From: Moniliella sp. 'wahieum'
Taxonomy: Eukaryota
Direction of reading: 5' to 3'
DNA length: 64,000 bases
Assembly: GCA_003971905.1 (NCBI GenBank)
Contig: RSEE01000067.1
Coordinates: forward strand, 186,001 to 250,000
Shown: in pieces, positions 22,350 to 36,190 of the stretch
Layout of the letters: each line of letters starts with the position of its first letter
Numbering within the stretch: the first letter of the stretch is position 1
Made by a program: the position numbers and the translations under genes
Notes under the pieces: generated by a model
The model's input: only the letters and a program-made list of their open reading frames with translations
Databases searched by the model: none
What the model was told of the DNA's origin: nothing

Positions 22350-25345
22350 AAAACGTCTTAGGCCTTAGGTCTCTGTAATACACGATTTTTGACCAACCGG
22401 CGTTGCCCCCAATGCGGTGGTCTACCCAGTACGGTGGACTATAATCGGTTTTGCTGAAGACTTCAAGTAACCAACTGCTTTGCCATATATCCCATCCTCG
22501 AATCTGAGTTGGGGCGAAGCCCACAACGATATAATTATGTACAGTGTGATTAGTAGTGACTAATAGTCACTAACGACCACCAAGTAGTGGTCACTGGTCA
22601 AGGACTGAAGACGATTGGGGCTACCGGTTTAGAATTCGCGTATCTCCTCCTTCGTTAGGCTAGTGTAAAGACGTTGGGACAGGCACAATAATATACATCC
22701 CCTTGTCCTTCATGTTATTGTATCTTCATCCCCTTCGAAATGTCTCTCCCCCAACCATCTGCCGGCAGAGATTGGCAATTGTGCATTCGATAAGCAACTC
22801 AATAAGCCGAATAGGCCATGCAGTTCCACTCTCAAGGGCTGGCAGGGCTTTTGTGTGGGGGGTAAGTTCTGCTCCACAGAAGAGGTACCTGGGGTACCTG
22901 AGGGCTGCCACACTGACCACACCAACCGCGCACTGAAGAGATCCACAGCTTCCAAGCTTCAGCTCCCCCAGGCCTCCTATTCAGTGTGCAAACATGCCTG
23001 CGGGTATGCACAGTATATATGCCAGTTGCAGGCCAATGATTAATGATCGCTCACTGTACGGCCACTGCCTGGATCGCAAGTTGGTCGTCACAGTCACTGG
23101 CTACTTCGAAGTCAGTAGAAGCGTTTACATGTTCAAGCGTTAATGCATAATGCCGGACTCGAGATCTGCTCGACCACTGGGGTCCTAACCTAATGCTAGC
23201 CATCTGTTCCGCCTCTGTTTCCCCTGACTGCATCCCCCCACTTGCCCCCACAACTTGGTGCTACTGGCATTAGCACTTGGCGCGTAGCGCTCATTAGCGC
23301 TTTCTTTTCGTGTGTCGCACTTACTATTCTGGGCAGCACAACCCACAACCACGTGCCGAAAGCTCCTAAGGCCTAAAGATCATGCATGGCCCTTATGACG
23401 TACGCGTTTCCGATCGACCACTCGGTCATGCATCCTGCCCCAGGCACTAGGCACCATAGATCATCGATCACCGACCATTAATCATTGCAGGATACGCGTC
23501 ACATCGCCGGCGGGATTCCAGGTATCACTGACAGACACGCTGAGTACTGATCGCAGGACAAGCACGTCACGTGTGTGATGCATGTGATGGCACAGGCCAC
23601 GCGCTGTTGCTCGCCACCACCCAACATGCAATCGATGTGGCAATCTATGACATGCTGTGTGCACAGAGTGCCAAGTAGTAAGTACTCAACAACTGAGTAC
23701 TGAAGGTACTGAAGCTTGAAATTGAATAAACTGAAGTTGAAGTTGAAGCTTGAAGCCGTACCATAGCTATACTGAAGCTTGAAGATGGTACCCGCTAAAA
23801 ACCGAGCGCCTCCACAAATCTTGGATCAATCCTTGACACACCTGGGTGATCGACGGTACCGCAGAGAGTCTGGCCAGGGCAGCGATCCGGCCGTCTCAGA
23901 ACTTATAAAATACGTGCATGCTCAGTGCGCTCAGCTCAAGTTGAGCCTCAACGCTCGACGTCACGCGTCAGTAATCGATAATCATTCTTTTGGTCCGCCT
24001 GTGCATGTCGTCCATACGGCGTTTCAAGCGCCTCTTCAGGAGCTTTTGGAGCTTGGAGAGCTGTGGCGCATTGCAAGTGACATGCATGTGACGCGCGTGA
24101 CATATGATGGCATCCATGTGATCTGGACGCGAATAGCAGGCGTTTTTTTAGGTACGAGACCCGAGAGATTGTGACGTTTTGTAGGTGTGATTTGGGGATT
24201 ATGCATGGGTGTAACATGTAAACGTTAACGTGTTACATGTTAACGTTTAACGTTTAACGTTCAACCCGCCCAATGTTGGTTGGCGCGCGGTTGAGACGCG
24301 TTGACGGGCTGATGTTGAAGGGGTAAAGCTGTAAATTTAAAGGTGTTGAACGTCGACGTTTTTTTATACGCGGTTAACACGCCGGTTACACCAGTTACAT
24401 GTTACACCAGTTGTACATATGGCATGGTTGCCGATTCCAGTTGCACGACTCCGGTGGCGTTTTGAACGTTGAACGTGTTGGACGTGTTGATCGAACGTTG
24501 AACGTTGAATATATTCATCGTTGATGCATTGATGCATGATGGCGACGAAGGGGGCGGATATATGATGCATGGCGTCCATGGTGTGCATGGTGGCGGAGTT
24601 CGGAGAGTTGTGAGAATGTGAGATCTGGGAGGAAAGCGCACAGGTACGGTGGCGACTGGGAGAAAAGTATCGAGCCTCGATTGAGTGGCCATCGATCAGG
24701 TCCAGGCCTCAGGCCTCAGGCCTCGTAACGCGTAACCGGTAACCAGTAACTAGTAATAGTAACCAGCAACCCTCAGACTGGGGCTCTAACGGGTAAATCT
24801 TAAGCCAACAACAACGGGCACAACCAAGTACATCTAAACACAAACTGGCTTCAAGCTTAACATAGCTTAACTAAGCGATTAACCAGCATGGGCAATCGGC
24901 ACGCGTCATGCGTTAGCGCACTGTGTCACACGTAGCGTCACCGAATCATTAATCACCGAGCCACCGGGTCACCGGTCACCGGTCATCGGTCTTCGGCCAC
25001 CGGGCACCGGTCAGGCCGGTCACCGGTCACCAAAGCCAATCTATTCAGTCACAACTTGTGGTCACCGTCCACCGTTGCCACTGATGGCGGGATGGGATCA
25101 ATTCGATCCATGTCAGTACGTCACGCGTCAGTACTCCGTACACTCAGGATCCATTTCGCAATGGCACGTTAGAGCGGTGCTGGGCGGTGCACGCGGTGCT
25201 CTGGGGTGCTGCGAGCTTCGAGACAAAGGAAAGTACGTAGCGCAGATAATCGATGCTGCATACTGCAGACGCAGTCTTAGGACTTAGGACTTAGTACTTA
25301 GTGCTGGTGCATGACATGCATGACATGTGATGCACAATGCATGAT
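22350..25345. repeat. Dense cluster of TNA-[4-bp palindrome]-TNA heptamer arrays upstream of the cyclin gene
   Basis: 24212-24263 has 8 TNA in perfect 7-nt phase; also 24689-24762, 24944-25030, 25277-25345, 23367, 23461 and 23694-23782. Confidence 0.88.
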
Positions 25346-26063
25346 GCCCGCCGCAGGGCTCTGTCTCAGGCCGCACGACAGGAGACCGAAGCAGTGCGGC
25401 GAGTCTCGCGCACTCAACATATATCGGTCGCTTCCCCCCGCCACCGTCTTCTTCCATCTGTCTTCTTCTGCCCCCCGCCCTGGGGCCGCCAGCACCGATC
25501 CACGCCCACTTGAACCTTCTGTCCGTCCCCAGCCTCTCACCATCACCATCGCCATCGCCATCACCATCACCATCCTCCCCCCCCCGCTCCGTTTTTCCCT
25601 GCTCCCACCGCTCGCGCAGCCTGAGCGTTACTGGCCTGCCACCGCGCCCAACGGTTCCAGCTCAAGTACTGCTCGGACCCTACTCCCTTCCCTGCGGGCC
25701 AACGTTCCGTGCTACTGCCAGCCCCTGTTGAACGTTAACTGCGTGCCCTATCCGTGCCACTCCGGCCTGCTCTCTGGCCACTTTGCACCACACCCACTCC
25801 ACCCCCTCCACCCCAACTCCATCATCCCGACCTCACCCCGGCCAACTATGTCCCCCACACCCACACCCACGCCCATGCCCATGCCCTGATTATCACCATG
25901 ACAATTCCTATGCACACGGCACCGGCCCAGTTTTCCTACCTGCCGATGCCTTCAGGCCACGCGCCGCATCCGTCTTGCCTCCGTCCTTGCCACCGGCCCC
26001 CACCCGGGCCGAGGTGCCACCTGCCCTGAGCCCCCGTTTATGTCGCGCCAGTCTCAGGCCGTG

Positions 26064-27319
26064 ATGGAGGTCGATGCCAACTTCGAGGAGCGCGCGGTGC
26101 CCATCCAGGTTGATGGCTCCTCACCTCGCTGGGTATGCCACCCGCCTCCAACCCCCTATGACGAACACCCTCCAGGCGGGATTGAGCAACTGTATGGCTT
26201 CCGCGCCCTGTCGGAGCTGTGTGAAGCCGTCATCACCGTCCTCTTCTCCTGCCCCCCCGTCGTTAGCCCTCCAGAAGGGGCATCCCGTCCACGATCGAGG
26301 ACGAACCCTTCGGGCGAAACACCTCGGTTGGTGGAGTTGTGGCATATGCGTTGAATCGTACCCGTCTGCCCACCCTGGTCGTTTACCAAGCCCTCTACCT
26401 TTCAAGCGCCTTAAACAACGCTTTCCGTCGTCACGTGGCCCAGCGGCCAACCGGCTCTTCATCTCCGCTTGATGCTTTCGAGCAAGGCGATTTGCGACGA
26501 CACATACTCCAACAAGTCCTGGACGATTGTCGGGCAGGGCTGTTCAGCCTAAAGACATCAACACTATGGAGCAGGAGCTGTTTAATTTCTGGGGCACCGG
26601 GTCAACGTCTGCGGAACAGCTTCTCGGTTTCGCCGATCTGTTGGAACGAGGGTGTCTTGATGAGGCACTCTACATCCCTCCTCGCACTGCCGCACCCAGT
26701 TCGGCTGCGCCCCCACCTATGGCCCACCTTGCTCCTGACTCAGGCACCACCACCTTCACCCCCGAACCGTCGCCTACTAAGCTAACCTGGCCCTTCTCCA
26801 CCCGCTCCACCCGCTCTTACTCTTCGCCCCTTCGACCTTTGGGAGCTAAATCTACCTTGGCCAACTCACTAGCGAACCCACCTTTCTCCCGTCGTCAACG
26901 CTCTAGAATCTACCACCACCGCCTCCCCTTCCATGTCTTGGACTCAGACCGGACCAGCAACCAACCCCTTTGTCCAACTGCATGCGCCTCGTCTGGAGTC
27001 ACCCTGGAACCACCCCCTCCTCGCCTCGTGTGTTGCCCAGCCCGACAAGCTACTGTCCTCCGAAAACACGTTTCCCCCCTTTTGTCGGCCGAAGTTCGGG
27101 CGATTCCTCTTCAGGTTCACTTGGTATGCCCGTAGGGCGATCCCGTGCCTCGTCCGCTTCCACCCCCATTGTGGAGGTGGGTTGATTCGTACCCCTTCGT
27201 CGGTCGTGATGGAACATGATTATCATTGGTTCCACCACCGTGGAAAAGCCCCCCCACCTCCACCTTTGCCGTTGACCTTGCCCCTTTCCTTTGATCCACA
27301 GGCCAACCCTTTGGCCTAG
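26064..27319 (+). CDS. Pho80/Pcl-family cyclin (Pcl12-like); start may lie further upstream (~25900); frameshifted
   Basis: VAYALNRTRLPTLVVYQALYL..KRLKQRFPSSRG..NRLFISA..SKAICDDTYSNKSWTIVGQGLFSLKDINTMEQELF cyclin box. Confidence 0.85.
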
Positions 27320-29403
27320 GTTTCGGCACCTACCACGTACTTTCTCTCCTCCCACCTCTTCCCTAGCCTCTTTTCCAACAACCTCCTTCGGGTTTGGGCC
27401 CGCCAGCTCCAGTTTTGTTTTTTTCTCATGGGCCGGCTGGTGCCCGTACCCAGGGGCCATCGATCATCCGGGATCGGTAGCGCATTTTGGGGCTCTTTAC
27501 CTGCCACTGTCACAGAACAATCGCGTTTTCCTCTTTTCTCTTGTCGGCTTACCGGCGCGGCACCGTTTTGGCCTTCGTTTTACTTTCCTTTTTGACACGG
27601 TGATTTGCAGTTTCTTTTTGTTTGTTTTGAGAGCGTGCCCCAGTTCCCCCCCCTTCATCCTCCCGCCCCCATTCCCACCCACTTTTCCTTGTCTCTCTTT
27701 TCTCCTCCCCCCCCTCCCCTCTCTCCTTCTCTCCCCCTACACACGACGTGCGAATCCAAAGCGCACGTCATACCCTCCTGTACCCAACTCCTCATTTCTG
27801 TCTAGTTGTCCCCGTCCTGCTTCATTCTATTCATGTTTGTCCCATCGTAGTCGACTTGTGTTCAGCTGGAGAGCTGGAAAGCTGCAGGGCTGGAGGGCTG
27901 GAGGACTGGAGACCTGGAAACGTGGTAGGTGTCGTGCGCTGGCTTCTTGATGTTCCTGTTACACCTGTACCTGTTACCAGTACCCTCTTCGCTTGGCGAT
28001 GCGTCGCGAGTACTAAGTGAGTATTAAGTGAGTCCTGAGTATGCTCAGCTTCTCGTAAGCGATGCGACGGATGAGATTTAGGTTGTGCTAACAATGAACC
28101 GATGGGTGGACTGTAGCTTTGGGAGATTTGGGCTAGAGAAAACGTTGTAGATCGCAGCATGGAATTGATAGATAGATATGTGACCTCCGTCTGCCAAAGC
28201 AGGAGACCGCTTTTTTGACAGTGGTTTATCGTCTGACGTGGCAGAGTGAGTAGGCCAGCCTTGGGAGGCTCATTAAGTTCATTACTTCTACAAGCTCTCC
28301 TAAATCGTGTCAGGCATGCCTGTGGATATAGGGGCTTATGCGCTTATACATGGCCACATTATGCAATTAGGCTTCTCTATGATATTGTCCTCGCGGTTCG
28401 ATCGATTCCCCCCTCTCATCGTGGCGAACGCAGTGCATATGTTGTGCGGCCAAAAACTCGAGTTAAATCCGCCGTTACTAGTTGGTATAGTTACAGGTAC
28501 TCGAGTTGCTTAATAGGAGAAGGCACCCTCGTTTATTTTGCTCACGCGCTCGCGTCGATCCGCCACGTCGGCTGGTGTACACGTCATACATAAAGTTCGT
28601 AAAACCTTCAATACCCCCTGGAAATTCAGTCGCCCACATTGTTGGACCGCCACTTGATCGTTCCTTGCCGTTCAGGCAGAATCAGCACTGCTATTACAGC
28701 CAGAAGTGTGGATCGACCTGACCGCCTGGCCGCCTGCCTGATCGCTGACCACCGAACGCTGTATTGGGTTCACTGGTTCGCTGGTCACCGGGTTTAACGT
28801 TGATTCAATGTGCAATCCCTCCTGCGTCTCGATACATACCTTGTCCTCAAGCTTCTTGCGTTTAGCTTAAGCTTCTGGCCTTAAGCTTCTTGCTCCCCCT
28901 CACATGCACACAAGGCCAATACAGGGGTTTTTTTTATATGTTGACGCTCGCCACGTTCTCCGGAAGCTCCTATACAATGCGAATTGCTTTGCCTACGAGA
29001 GCTGTTCGCTTCTGGGCTCCTGTACCTGGGACCTGGTTGTCTTTCCTGTCTAGTCCATCGCACTGCCTCCTCCCTCCGATCTCATACTTATCCCCCATCA
29101 GGCTTCAGGGACATCTGGATCTCACCGCCTCATCTCCATGTGGTGCCAGAGGAGGGCCCCCGGTTGGTTCATTTGCAAAAACAACTCCGGGGCTTCCAAA
29201 TCGTGAGGTCCACGCCTCCTTTTCTGTCGTCTGGCGCAGGACGCCTGATCCGCCACTCCACAATACCCAACGCACAGAGACTCATGGAACGATGGACCTT
29301 GCCAGGCCCAACCAGTAAGCAGCCCTAGATTTGGATTTCCGTGTCACTAGAAGAGAGATTGACATACATGACCAGGAACGGGATAAGAACATTGAGAGTA
29401 AGA

Positions 29404-30743
29404 TCAGAACTCGGGAAGAGGTAGCCATAAGGATCCGGCCGTTCCGGGTGGTTGTACTCGCTAATGTCCACTTCTTCGTACCGCTCAAACCTGTCGTGTT
29501 CACGTGGATTAGTATGCGAGTCGCCATGGACAGAGCAGAGGAAGATACATACTGGCTGCCATCGCCGTCGATGCCAATGGCAGGGATGTAAGGCGCATGG
29601 ATCTCCCGTCGTGCGAGCTTGGCCCAGTCCACCTCGGCAAACCAGAGGTGGGAAAAAATATCGTGCGATCCACGTGCCAGATTACCATACCGTTTGTCAA
29701 ATCGGGGGTGAGCAAGTTCTTGAGCAAGTCCTTGGCACCCGTTTCGAAAAACGGCGGGAAACGGACTTTGCACGCCACGATCTTCTCGTACAGTTTGATG
29801 GGGTTCTTATCGTCGGTGTAAAACGGCGGATGACCCGCCAACATCTCGTACAGCAGGACCCCAACGACCACCAGTCCACCGCCTTGTTGTACGGCTTGGC
29901 ACTTACAATTTCCGGCGCAAGGTAATCTGGTGTACCACACAGCGTCCACGTCACATCTGGCACGTACTTGGCAAATCCAAAGTCGGTCACTTTCAAATGA
30001 CCATCGGCGGCAATCAAGATGTTCTCGGGCTTGAGGTCGCGGTAAATGTACCCATGGAATGAAGGTAGTCCAGCGAGCGCAACCTCGGCCGCGTAGAATT
30101 TTGCCACGGGGGCAGGGAACCGTTGACTCTTGCGTAGCAACGTGAACAGTTCTCCTCCCGGAACAAAGTCCATCACCATGTACAAAAATGTGGGGTCTTG
30201 CATGGTACCCCACAAGTTGACCAGAACGGGTGCCGTACCGCAGCCAACACGGCACGTTCGGAATTGGTGTGCTCCACCTGCTTCATTCGTACCACCTTCT
30301 CCTTACGTAGCACCTTGATCGCATACGGTCGCCCATTGTGACGCGACCGGACTAGGTGCACGCCCCAAAGGAACCGGTTCCCAGTGTCTTTTGGATGGTA
30401 AAGTCACTGAGAGTAGCGGCCACTGAGCTTGCGCTTTGCGGCTGGGCATGGGGTTGGGCTTGGGCTTGTTGCGCTTGCATTGCGGCTGCGGTTGTACTTG
30501 CGCGGGAGTGTGGGTCTGGGGCTGGGCTGAGTCTGGGTCTGAGTCGGATTCTGGATCTGAGACTGAACTTGAGTGAGCCGGGGCCTGGCCGGGGTCTGAG
30601 CCGGGTCTGATCCGGGATGGGAGACGAAGGTGAGCCTGGTGCAGCGCAGGTGCCGTCACACCGGGCACAGCTGGCTCTGCCGGCACAGTGGGGGCCGTGG
30701 CAGGGACAACGTCAGGGGTGCGCAGCTCAGCAGGCTGGGCCAT
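29404..30743 (-). CDS. PKA1: cAMP-dependent protein kinase catalytic subunit
   Basis: [65 protein letters not shown]-terminal FPEF* after one indel; intron 29491-29552. Confidence 0.95.
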
Positions 30744-31920
30744 GGGAGCAGGCGACGGGGGCAGTGGGGGCAGGAGTTGTGGTGGTGGTGGTGGCGATGG
30801 CGATGGTGGTAGCGATGGTGGTGGTGCGGGACCAAGGAGGATGGGATGATGGAAGGAGGCTGTGCAGCCAACGCCTGCGAACGCACAGTCGAACGGGTGG
30901 GCTGCGCCTGGCGAGGACCGAGTGAGTCGTGAACCAGCCAGGGACATGATGCATGACAGCCCCCGTGACGCGTGACTGGCTTGCTGGCTGCCTTCCGCCG
31001 GTGGAACGTCAACACGGAAATCCCACCTCGCCAGGTCACGTGCACCCGCCGTGGCTCCTGACCTGAGACTGCCCACCACCCCGCGTCCGTGCACCGCCGA
31101 CGCCAGACGCATAGACTCGGTCCTGAGCTGAGCGCTCGCAGCTGGTCTTGCTCTGGATCCTGCCCGTGCCCCGATCGGCCCCCCTCACCCATTTCGTTTC
31201 GGATGGCACTGACCCATCTACCATGCCTCCTTCCTCCTGAGCGAGGCGCAGCGGCCTGTTCTAGCCCTTCGTCACCTTGGGCACCATGCCTTTCCACCCC
31301 ACCGTCCGGTCCGGGTGGCTCACCACATTCTTGTCCTGGACCAACGTGTTTGCTTTCCACAGCTACTTTCCAGGGACGCCCAATCCGCAGGTGAAGAAGA
31401 AAGCGCTGGTTGGGCTTGTACCATTCCCCACTCCACACCGCGTTCTACACTTCGCTCACCCACCCCCCTTCCCACCGTTCCTAATCTGAACGTAGTCCCT
31501 CTTTGCTTGGAAACTTAACAGCACCGTCCCCGTCTCCATAAACACGACTGACACATACGGCTCGTGCTCAGGGAGCTCTCGGTCTGTAACTGACTTGGCC
31601 CAATGCGTCCTCACGCACCCGCCGTGCGTGCTGGAGCGGAGCACTAGGCCTGGCGCGCAACGGGACCAGTTCGACACAGTAGTAGGTGCGGACCAGGAAG
31701 AAGAGGGACGTTCGGGGCGGGCGAAGCCCCAAACGTACTACGGGCATATGCTACCCCAGACGCGAGCGGCGCCAATAGGAAATGCCAGAAGAAGTACTGC
31801 ATTGCGTAGTCTCAGTAGGTACAAGACAACCGGGGGAGCAGGTCCATCTTCATCCAAAGGTAGGTGGGTAGAAGGGGTGCGGCAAGACGCCCTCCCCTCA
31901 CATTAGCGCGTTTAGCGCAG

Positions 31921-32116
31921 CTAGGCTTGGTCCTCCTCTTGCGCACGTACGTTAACCGCCAGCAGCTGGGTCATCCAGGGAGTCAGCAGGGCACACAGCA
32001 AGGAGGAGAGGAGGAGAGATGAACAGGAGGAGACGTACGTGGTAACCGACAATCAGCACCATGGCCAGCCCACCAAGGTAGTTGGACAACGCGGCCAGAC
32101 CAACGTCCGAAATCAT
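31921..32116 (-). CDS. OST4: Oligosaccharyltransferase 4-kDa subunit
   Basis: MISDVGLAALSNYLGGLAMVLIVGYH|LLAVNVRAQEEDQA*; intron 31966-32038 (GTACGT..CTGAC..CAG). Confidence 0.85.
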
Positions 32117-32989
32117 TCTGTCGTGGGTGGTGGTCAGAGGCCCGAGGCACGAGTGCAACGTGGCGCCGCCCCACTTTGGCCACTTGGGCGTGGCATGGGC
32201 TCACTGGGCCATTCAGGGGCGGAACAGAGGAGCGGAACACGATGATCACAGGTGACCGGTGACCCTGGGGCAGGGCAGGGAAAGGGGAACTCAATATTGA
32301 TATTGCCAAGAGGCCAATTATTTAATTCCTAACCTCTTTCTGTCGCCACGACGGCTGCCGGCTCTTACTGTCTTTCCTTGGTCAGGCCACCACTCGAGAG
32401 AGGCTGTCAAAGATTGCCAAGGAACGATTGCTTCCGCTTGCCACATGAGTCTCGTTGGCAGCGACAAGATCTATATGTTTTGCGGGCTCCGCATGTAGTG
32501 ACTATAGTGGCCTCTACCTTCCAGCTTCAAGCTTTACACCAAGCTCACCATTCACCTTTGCAGCTAAGGCTGCGAGCTCACCTTGATTGTCTTTGTGGCT
32601 CAACCATCGTTCAGTGCAACGTTCAGCTCAGTCTCTATCTCGCCCCGTCTTTATCTCGAGCCAGGGCCACCCCGCACCGACACGCCAGGGACAACCTGAG
32701 ATCCATCCTTCCCCGACATTTAGCTGTGTACAGGATAGCACACCACATTCCATAACAGCCCCCCAGGAGCGAGAAGAGGGTTTACACGACGATGAGAATG
32801 GAACAAGGAGACATATAACAATGACTTTTCCTCCCTCTTTCGTCATCAAACAGGACCGGATTGAGTAGGGAGGGGGGAGTGTGAAGGAAAGAGGGAGAGA
32901 GGGGGAAGGAAAGAAGGAAGCAAGGAAGCGAGGAAGCAAGGAAGGACAGGAAGGTCAGGGCAGGACAGGATGATGCGGAGAGAGCACGA

Positions 32990-34972
32990 CTAGCGTCGTC
33001 GCAGGGAGTATATGCACACATCAAACTCGATCCGTGGTAGGGATTCTTGGGGGATGTCATCGATGCGGCTCTGGATCACGTCGTAGAGCGCATCGAGAGT
33101 ATAGGCTACTGCGCCCTTACTCAGGCGCCCGCGTCCAGAAAGGAGGGCACGCCAATGCGCTTCATACAAGTTCTTGATGAGCAGAACCAAATGCTCGGCA
33201 TAGCCGTCGCGAGCGAGGTAGCCGGCGCAGTAGGAGCTCCAAGCGGGATGGGGAATGCGCAATGGATGGGGCTGAGACTCGGGGGGCGAAGGGCAAGGTA
33301 GTCGCCTAGACCACAGGCCCATTCCACTTGCCATAACGCCTCCTGTTCCTGGAGCGCGTGGAGACTTTGTTTCTGCGTACGTGGGAACAGGGCAGACTCA
33401 TCATCGCACGCGCTACATCGGCCTTGAGCATTCCACAGAAACCAAGCGCTGGATCGAAGGTCCGAGCAAAGAGTTGAGCACCGTCCACACTTCGTCCTTG
33501 TCGGATCGATGCGAAGAAGAGGAATGGTCCGTTGGCACCCTCTCATCCCGTGCAATGTAGGCCACCACCAATTGCCCTCCCGGTCGCAGTTCCCGTGCTC
33601 GACTTAGGAGGAATCGGCTCAGTTCCCCCGCATGCTCAGAGGCAGCGAGAGGGGTGACAGAGAAAGCGGAAGCAGAAGACCGACGTAGGGGGAAGGAAGG
33701 GGCGGTGGGATCCGTTGGTGGTGGATGCGCCCAATGAAGGTCCATCAATGAGATGCCAAGGTCCACGCTTTGACGAGGACAGACAGGCGTACCAAAGGGA
33801 TGCGTGGTAAAGTAGGGAAACACATGGGCGGAAGGGTAGGCACGCGAAAACCCCTCGGAAAGGTAGGATGTTGGATCGGTGTGAAGCGCAGCCATGACAC
33901 CGCGAAAGTCTGTCCCTTCCGTATCAACATGGATGATGATCATGTCGGTCCCCTCCTCTCGGGCGGGGCGGAAGTGGACAAGGCCTCGGCCAATGTGCCA
34001 ATCAAGTGGGACAACAGGGGGAACGCACGCCACGTACCGATCCGTATTCTACTACTCTCACGGGCCGACCGGGGGAAGGAAGCGAACCGTCCCGTACCCG
34101 CTTTTGAAGCGAAGAGAAGACCTTTGCGCGTGCAGGATCGGGTTCCAGTTGCTGGTCCATGGGAGGCAAGCCAGCTTGGTTGTGCGAAGGTGCCTCGCCA
34201 CCAAACAAGGATCCGAGCACAGGCTTGGTATCTAACCATCCGGACGAAGTGGCATACAGACTTTCCGCTGAGGAACGGGTGGCCGAGACGGGGCTGCGCG
34301 CACTATCGCGGGAAGGGGACTTGTTGTTGTAGGAGGGACGGCGATTGGGATCGCCGGTGGGCGTGGATGTGGCGGTAGTGTACCCAAACTCGCCCCTCAT
34401 GGGCTGCACGGCCGGGCCAAGGTAGGGTCCGCGGAGAGGAGGTCCAAATAGATGGCCCATATCTTCCGACCGCGGACGCGGTCGGGGCGAGGGCGGGGTA
34501 CCTCTGTGCGAGGCGGGGGGAGAGAAAAGGGTGCTGGGCAGGACGGCGGTGCGAGAAGCAGCATGTTGGGCCAATGAGGCCAGAGTGCTTGGGTCCACAG
34601 CGTTGGGACGGAAAAACTTAAGGTCGCCTTGGCTGGAAGGGTGGCCGAGGCCCAGCTCCAAGCCCGTGCTCACAGTGGGCGAGACCTTGCCGAGAGAAAA
34701 GTAATCATTGGCCAGGTGGGAGGGGCCAGGGGAGGGACGAGGGGGGGGGGAATCTTCTTCGTCCACCACCTTGCTGAGATCGACGAGACGCGTGCGCGGG
34801 ACTGGACCCGCCCAGGGCTGGACAGAATGGGGGCGGTGGCAATGCCTTGCACACGCGGCTTGCCCCGCACAGGCGGCGGCAGTTTGATTTGATGAGGGGG
34901 TCCGCGGGCCTACGCTGTCGCCTTGGGCGCCCGCAGCGGGGGGGGGGCATCAGATCGGGAAGGGAAGGCCAT
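32990..34972 (-). CDS. SAM-dependent methyltransferase-like protein (SABATH/Methyltransf_7-like fold) with a long disordered N-terminus; frameshifted, start uncertain
   Basis: VRVVEYG, IIIHVD..TDF, SVDLGISLMDLHW, ELSRFLLSRARELRPGGQLVV motifs across ORFs 34002-34769, 33413-34033 and 32990-33334. Confidence 0.65.
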
Positions 34973-36190
34973 GGTGTACCATCTCCCTGCAGGGCGCCGA
35001 CACTAGAGGGGACGGGGTAGAGGGTGCAGGGGCGGTGGGGAGGTGGAGGTGGAGGCGGAGGTGGAGGCGGAGATGGAAGGGGAAGCAGCAAGAAACGGAA
35101 ACGAGCAAGAGAAAGAGAAAGGGGGCTGGCGGCGGCTAGCCTGCGACGGTGGAACGGGCAAAGGCAAGTGAGAGGCCGGCGCCAGCGCCTCGCCTCAAAT
35201 TTTCAAACGTCGTCTGGGATCTGAGATCATCGATCAGAACGATCTGAGATCTGACGAACAACCACCCGAGTCACGTGACGCCCAGCACAGACACTGGGCA
35301 GAAGAGGCTTGGACCCTGGATAGGAGCCAGCGGACAAGGCGCGAATAACAGCAAAGCGCTAATAAACACTGCCCAGCGCCCAAGGCCTAAACGCCTAGCA
35401 GGGACGCGTCACCATGACGTCACTGACGAATCCAGGCAACAGAAGAGACGGGCAGAGCGAGAACAGCCAGGAGCCCCACCCAGCGCCTTCGGCCTTTCGG
35501 CGGCTTCAGGTCGTGCAGGTCACGCCTGATCGCGCTCGCGGCCAACAGATGCCCACCCCAAAGATGGCATTGCGTTTTGCGTCATTACTAGTTCGCTCCT
35601 CCTTCCGAACGTTGTCTGCCCCATCAGCTGCTACACAGCCCCCAGAGCAGTCCTCGTCCCGAACAACCATACTTAGCACTCGAACCGTAGAATTACTTAG
35701 AATTCAATATTCACACCTGCCATGACTTGTCGTCCTACCGGCAAGTCGGGGAATGCCCTTCTCGAATGGAGTGGTGGACTGCTTGCTGCACAGTGCAATG
35801 GGTTAATTGATCTTTGCAGCCTGAGGGGGCGGAATCGGACACTGGGGCGGAAGAGGGGGCCGTTGGATAGATGAGATGAGTGAAACCCGCTCAGTGGCAA
35901 CGGCAAAAGGCCGAAGACGCGATGACTCTCTGGTGAGATTTTGGTCTTGTGTGGTCGAGCCACACGTTCTACTTCCTAAGCAAACTGGTCAGAAGGCTAT
36001 ATCTTATAGACAGGCTGCTAGAAGGAAAGACAGCCAGGCGGCAAAACATGATGGGAGTCGACAGCTAAGTTGGAAAATGAGGGCAGAGATGGTGTTGCTG
36101 GGATACAGGTCTGGTAAGTGACAACGATGGTCCCAGCAGCGGGTATCGTGGAGGGAAAACGGGAGCCGCACAAGGTAAGGGGAAGATAAC

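Noticed and set aside
17007..25345. CRISPR array or restriction-site/linker contamination (HindIII, StuI, MluI, AgeI, SpeI-like sites)
   Set aside because: There are no constant 25-45-bp repeats with spacers. The sites are degenerate, follow local flanks and are dispersed through eukaryotic intergenic DNA.
28390..28415. tRNA-like GGTTCG..ATTCCC (also GTTCGAATCC on the minus strand near 51385)
   Set aside because: No cloverleaf or A-box could be built around either site.
35566..36121. Possible small mitochondrial protein gene (MALRFASLLVRSSFRTLS...)
   Set aside because: The start is presequence-like, but no recognisable domain or consistent frame follows, so I cannot support it.
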